Assembly (NCBI GenBank): GCA_016934535.1
Contig: JAFGSQ010000042.1
Span: 1-46,480, forward strand
DNA length: 46,480 nucleotides
Direction: 5' to 3'
Source of the DNA: a candidate division WOR-3 bacterium
GTDB lineage: Bacteria; SDB-A
In this document: piece after piece, positions 45,064 to 46,480 of the stretch
How the letters are laid out: the number at the start of each line of letters is the position of its first letter
How positions within the stretch are numbered: the first letter of the stretch is position 1
Notes under the pieces: generated by a model
What the model saw: the letters and a program-made list of their open reading frames with translations, nothing else
Databases searched by the model: none
Told to the model about the DNA's origin: nothing
Made by a program: the position numbers and the translations under genes

Positions 45064-46401
45064 CTATTGTGTGTCCTTTGAATGCTTTCTGTAGAAAACC
45101 TCGAGAAAATGATGGCATTGCTGAGGCCTGTAAAGCCCGTTCATAATTGCCTTTGCCATGTGTTCGCACGACATGTAACCGCACGCGGCGCAGTTTTTTA
45201 TGTCTTCTTCGGTGAATTTTTCCATTTCCTCGTACAGAGCCTTTATCCCGTCTTCGTCCGGGTCTTCTAGTGTTTTGTAATTCTCGGATTTGTCCGTGTA
45301 TTTTCTCGAAAAATCTACGTCATTCATGTCTTCGAGTATTTTCTGGAGTTTTGAAAGAGCGTCCGGGTCAGGATAATTCTCTTTTTGCTGTTTTTCGAGC
45401 CTTTCACTCTGCAGTTTCAGTATCTCGTCTGTCGTCCTTTCGTCGTAATTCGTCCCCGTGCCTCTGTTGCAGCCGTGAAGACAGTTCAGTATGTCGACGA
45501 GAATTACGTCGCATTTTTTATCTTTTATTTCTTTTTCGAGCTCCTCGAAAAATTCCTCGTAAATTTCCTTGCCTTCCGTCCTTCTCACCTGATGCATTTT
45601 AAGCGGCACGTTATATCTTTTGAATGTCTCAAAAAGGCCTCCGGGCTGTGAATACAGAATACCTCTCTCCGCTTCCATCGGTCCGTCAAAATCCGTCGCG
45701 GGAAATTTTGAAAGATCGATTCCGTTTTTCTCCAGATATTTTTTAAGATTGGTTATTGTGACATTGTATGTTATCTGGCCCTTCGTGTTCGGGTCCTGAA
45801 ATTCGCGGCTTTTTGCTATGCAGGGGCTTATGAAGGCATGTTTCATTCCAGGGTGTTTTTTGTGGACCCATGCTGAAATGTCCATAACAGGACTGCCTGT
45901 CGGGGCTAAATAGGGTAAAAGTTCCGGTTTGTATATCTCTATAAAACTCACCACGGCAGGGCAGGGTTGAGCTATGACAGGTGTTTTAGCTCCCGCCTGT
46001 ATGGCTTTCAAATACTGATACGTTGTTATTTCGGCGCCGAAAGAGACGTCGAAGTTCATCTTGACACCAATCGATTTGAGCCAGCCCAAAAGATTCTTGA
46101 GCTGTCCCGGGAAATTTACGTCTACAGCTGGCGCTACGAGAGCGGCAATGTTCTCGCCTTTTTTCAGGTCTTCTATGAATCTTTCCGTGTCATCAACTAT
46201 GATTCTCGCATCGTGAGTACATGCTCTGACACAGTTCCCACAGCCAATGCAGAGATCGTGATTTACGGTGATGCCTTTCTCCAGGTCGGAAGCGTCGTTG
46301 CAATACTTGACCGGGCACACCTGAATGCAAACGTGACATTGAACGCACTTCTCACTGTCTACATCTACGACAGTCGGCAGGTGAAATTTCATCTCCGGCA
46401 T
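45064..46401 (-). CDS. [FeFe]-hydrogenase-like protein, putative sensory group C/D type (2x[4Fe-4S], H-domain, C-terminal FeS motif)
   Basis: CVQCHVCIQVCP and CIGCGNCVRAC; P1 AQPCPA, P2 SPCIAKSRE, P3 ILNCLHGC; Cx2Cx4Cx16C. GGAGG favours ATG 46401 over 46413. Confidence 0.82.
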   Translation of the reverse strand: MPEMKFHLPTVVDVDSEKCVQCHVCIQVCPVKYCNDASDLEKGITVNHDLCIGCGNCVRACTHDARIIVDDTERFIEDLKKGENIAALVAPAVDVNFPGQLKNLLGWLKSIGVKMNFDVSFGAEITTYQYLKAIQAGAKTPVIAQPCPAVVSFIEIYKPELLPYLAPTGSPVMDISAWVHKKHPGMKHAFISPCIAKSREFQDPNTKGQITYNVTITNLKKYLEKNGIDLSKFPATDFDGPMEAERGILYSQPGGLFETFKRYNVPLKMHQVRRTEGKEIYEEFFEELEKEIKDKKCDVILVDILNCLHGCNRGTGTNYDERTTDEILKLQSERLEKQQKENYPDPDALSKLQKILEDMNDVDFSRKYTDKSENYKTLEDPDEDGIKALYEEMEKFTEEDIKNCAACGYMSCEHMAKAIMNGLYRPQQCHHFLEVFYRKHSKDTQ

Positions 46402-46431
46402 TGCATCCTCCATTTTTATTCTTATAAAATA

Positions 46432-46480
46432 TCAAAAACCTTCCCTCAGATCATCGTCTATGCTTTTACCGAGTATTTCC
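46432..46480 (-). CDS. 3' end of an upstream gene (partial, ...EILGKSIDDDLREGF*)
   Basis: Open frame from the window edge to TGA at 46434-46432; too short to identify. Confidence 0.3.
   Translation of the reverse strand, partial: EILGKSIDDDLREGF

Noticed and set aside
1..46480. tRNA/rRNA, riboswitches, CRISPR arrays, IS elements, prophage, alternative genetic code
   Set aside because: Intergenic gaps are all under about 200 nt without such structures, no transposase/integrase motifs or repeat arrays were seen, and TAA, TAG and TGA all end full-length conserved genes.

Overview
Gene-dense chromosomal segment of a diderm bacterium (LptD-like gene), probably anaerobic (class II and class III RNRs, butyrate kinase, an [FeFe]-hydrogenase-like protein). 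The gene styles suggest an FCB-related candidate-phylum lineage, but that is an impression only. Nearly all genes are on the minus strand. In window order: (i) a type IV pilus operon pilB-pilB-pilT-pilC-pilS-pilR running straight into an O-antigen-ligase-like gene, a WecA/MraY-family transferase and a UGM/HemY-like flavoprotein (cut by the window edge), with no pilin gene; (ii) hup-maf-comEA; (iii) sensor kinase, sigma54 regulator and lptD; (iv) lepA-purD; (v) a plus-strand MltD-like transglycosylase and a lipoprotein; (vi) nrdR-nrdD-nrdG-nrdJ with an NrdR box, followed by a GAF/degenerate PP2C membrane protein and a frameshifted glycosyltransferase; (vii) a long run made of a four-gene uncharacterised membrane cassette (DUF6754-like), DUF502, corC-like, dnaE, a beta-barrel gene and an atypical butyrate kinase; (viii) a group C/D-type [FeFe]-hydrogenase-like gene. 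The best candidate for an undescribed system is the four-gene cassette at 41557-44940. Its two larger proteins look like distant paralogues with opposite predicted topology, and its two small membrane proteins show 3-fold internal repeats. No RNA genes, CRISPR arrays, IS elements or inteins were seen. All family names come from motif recognition, not database searches.
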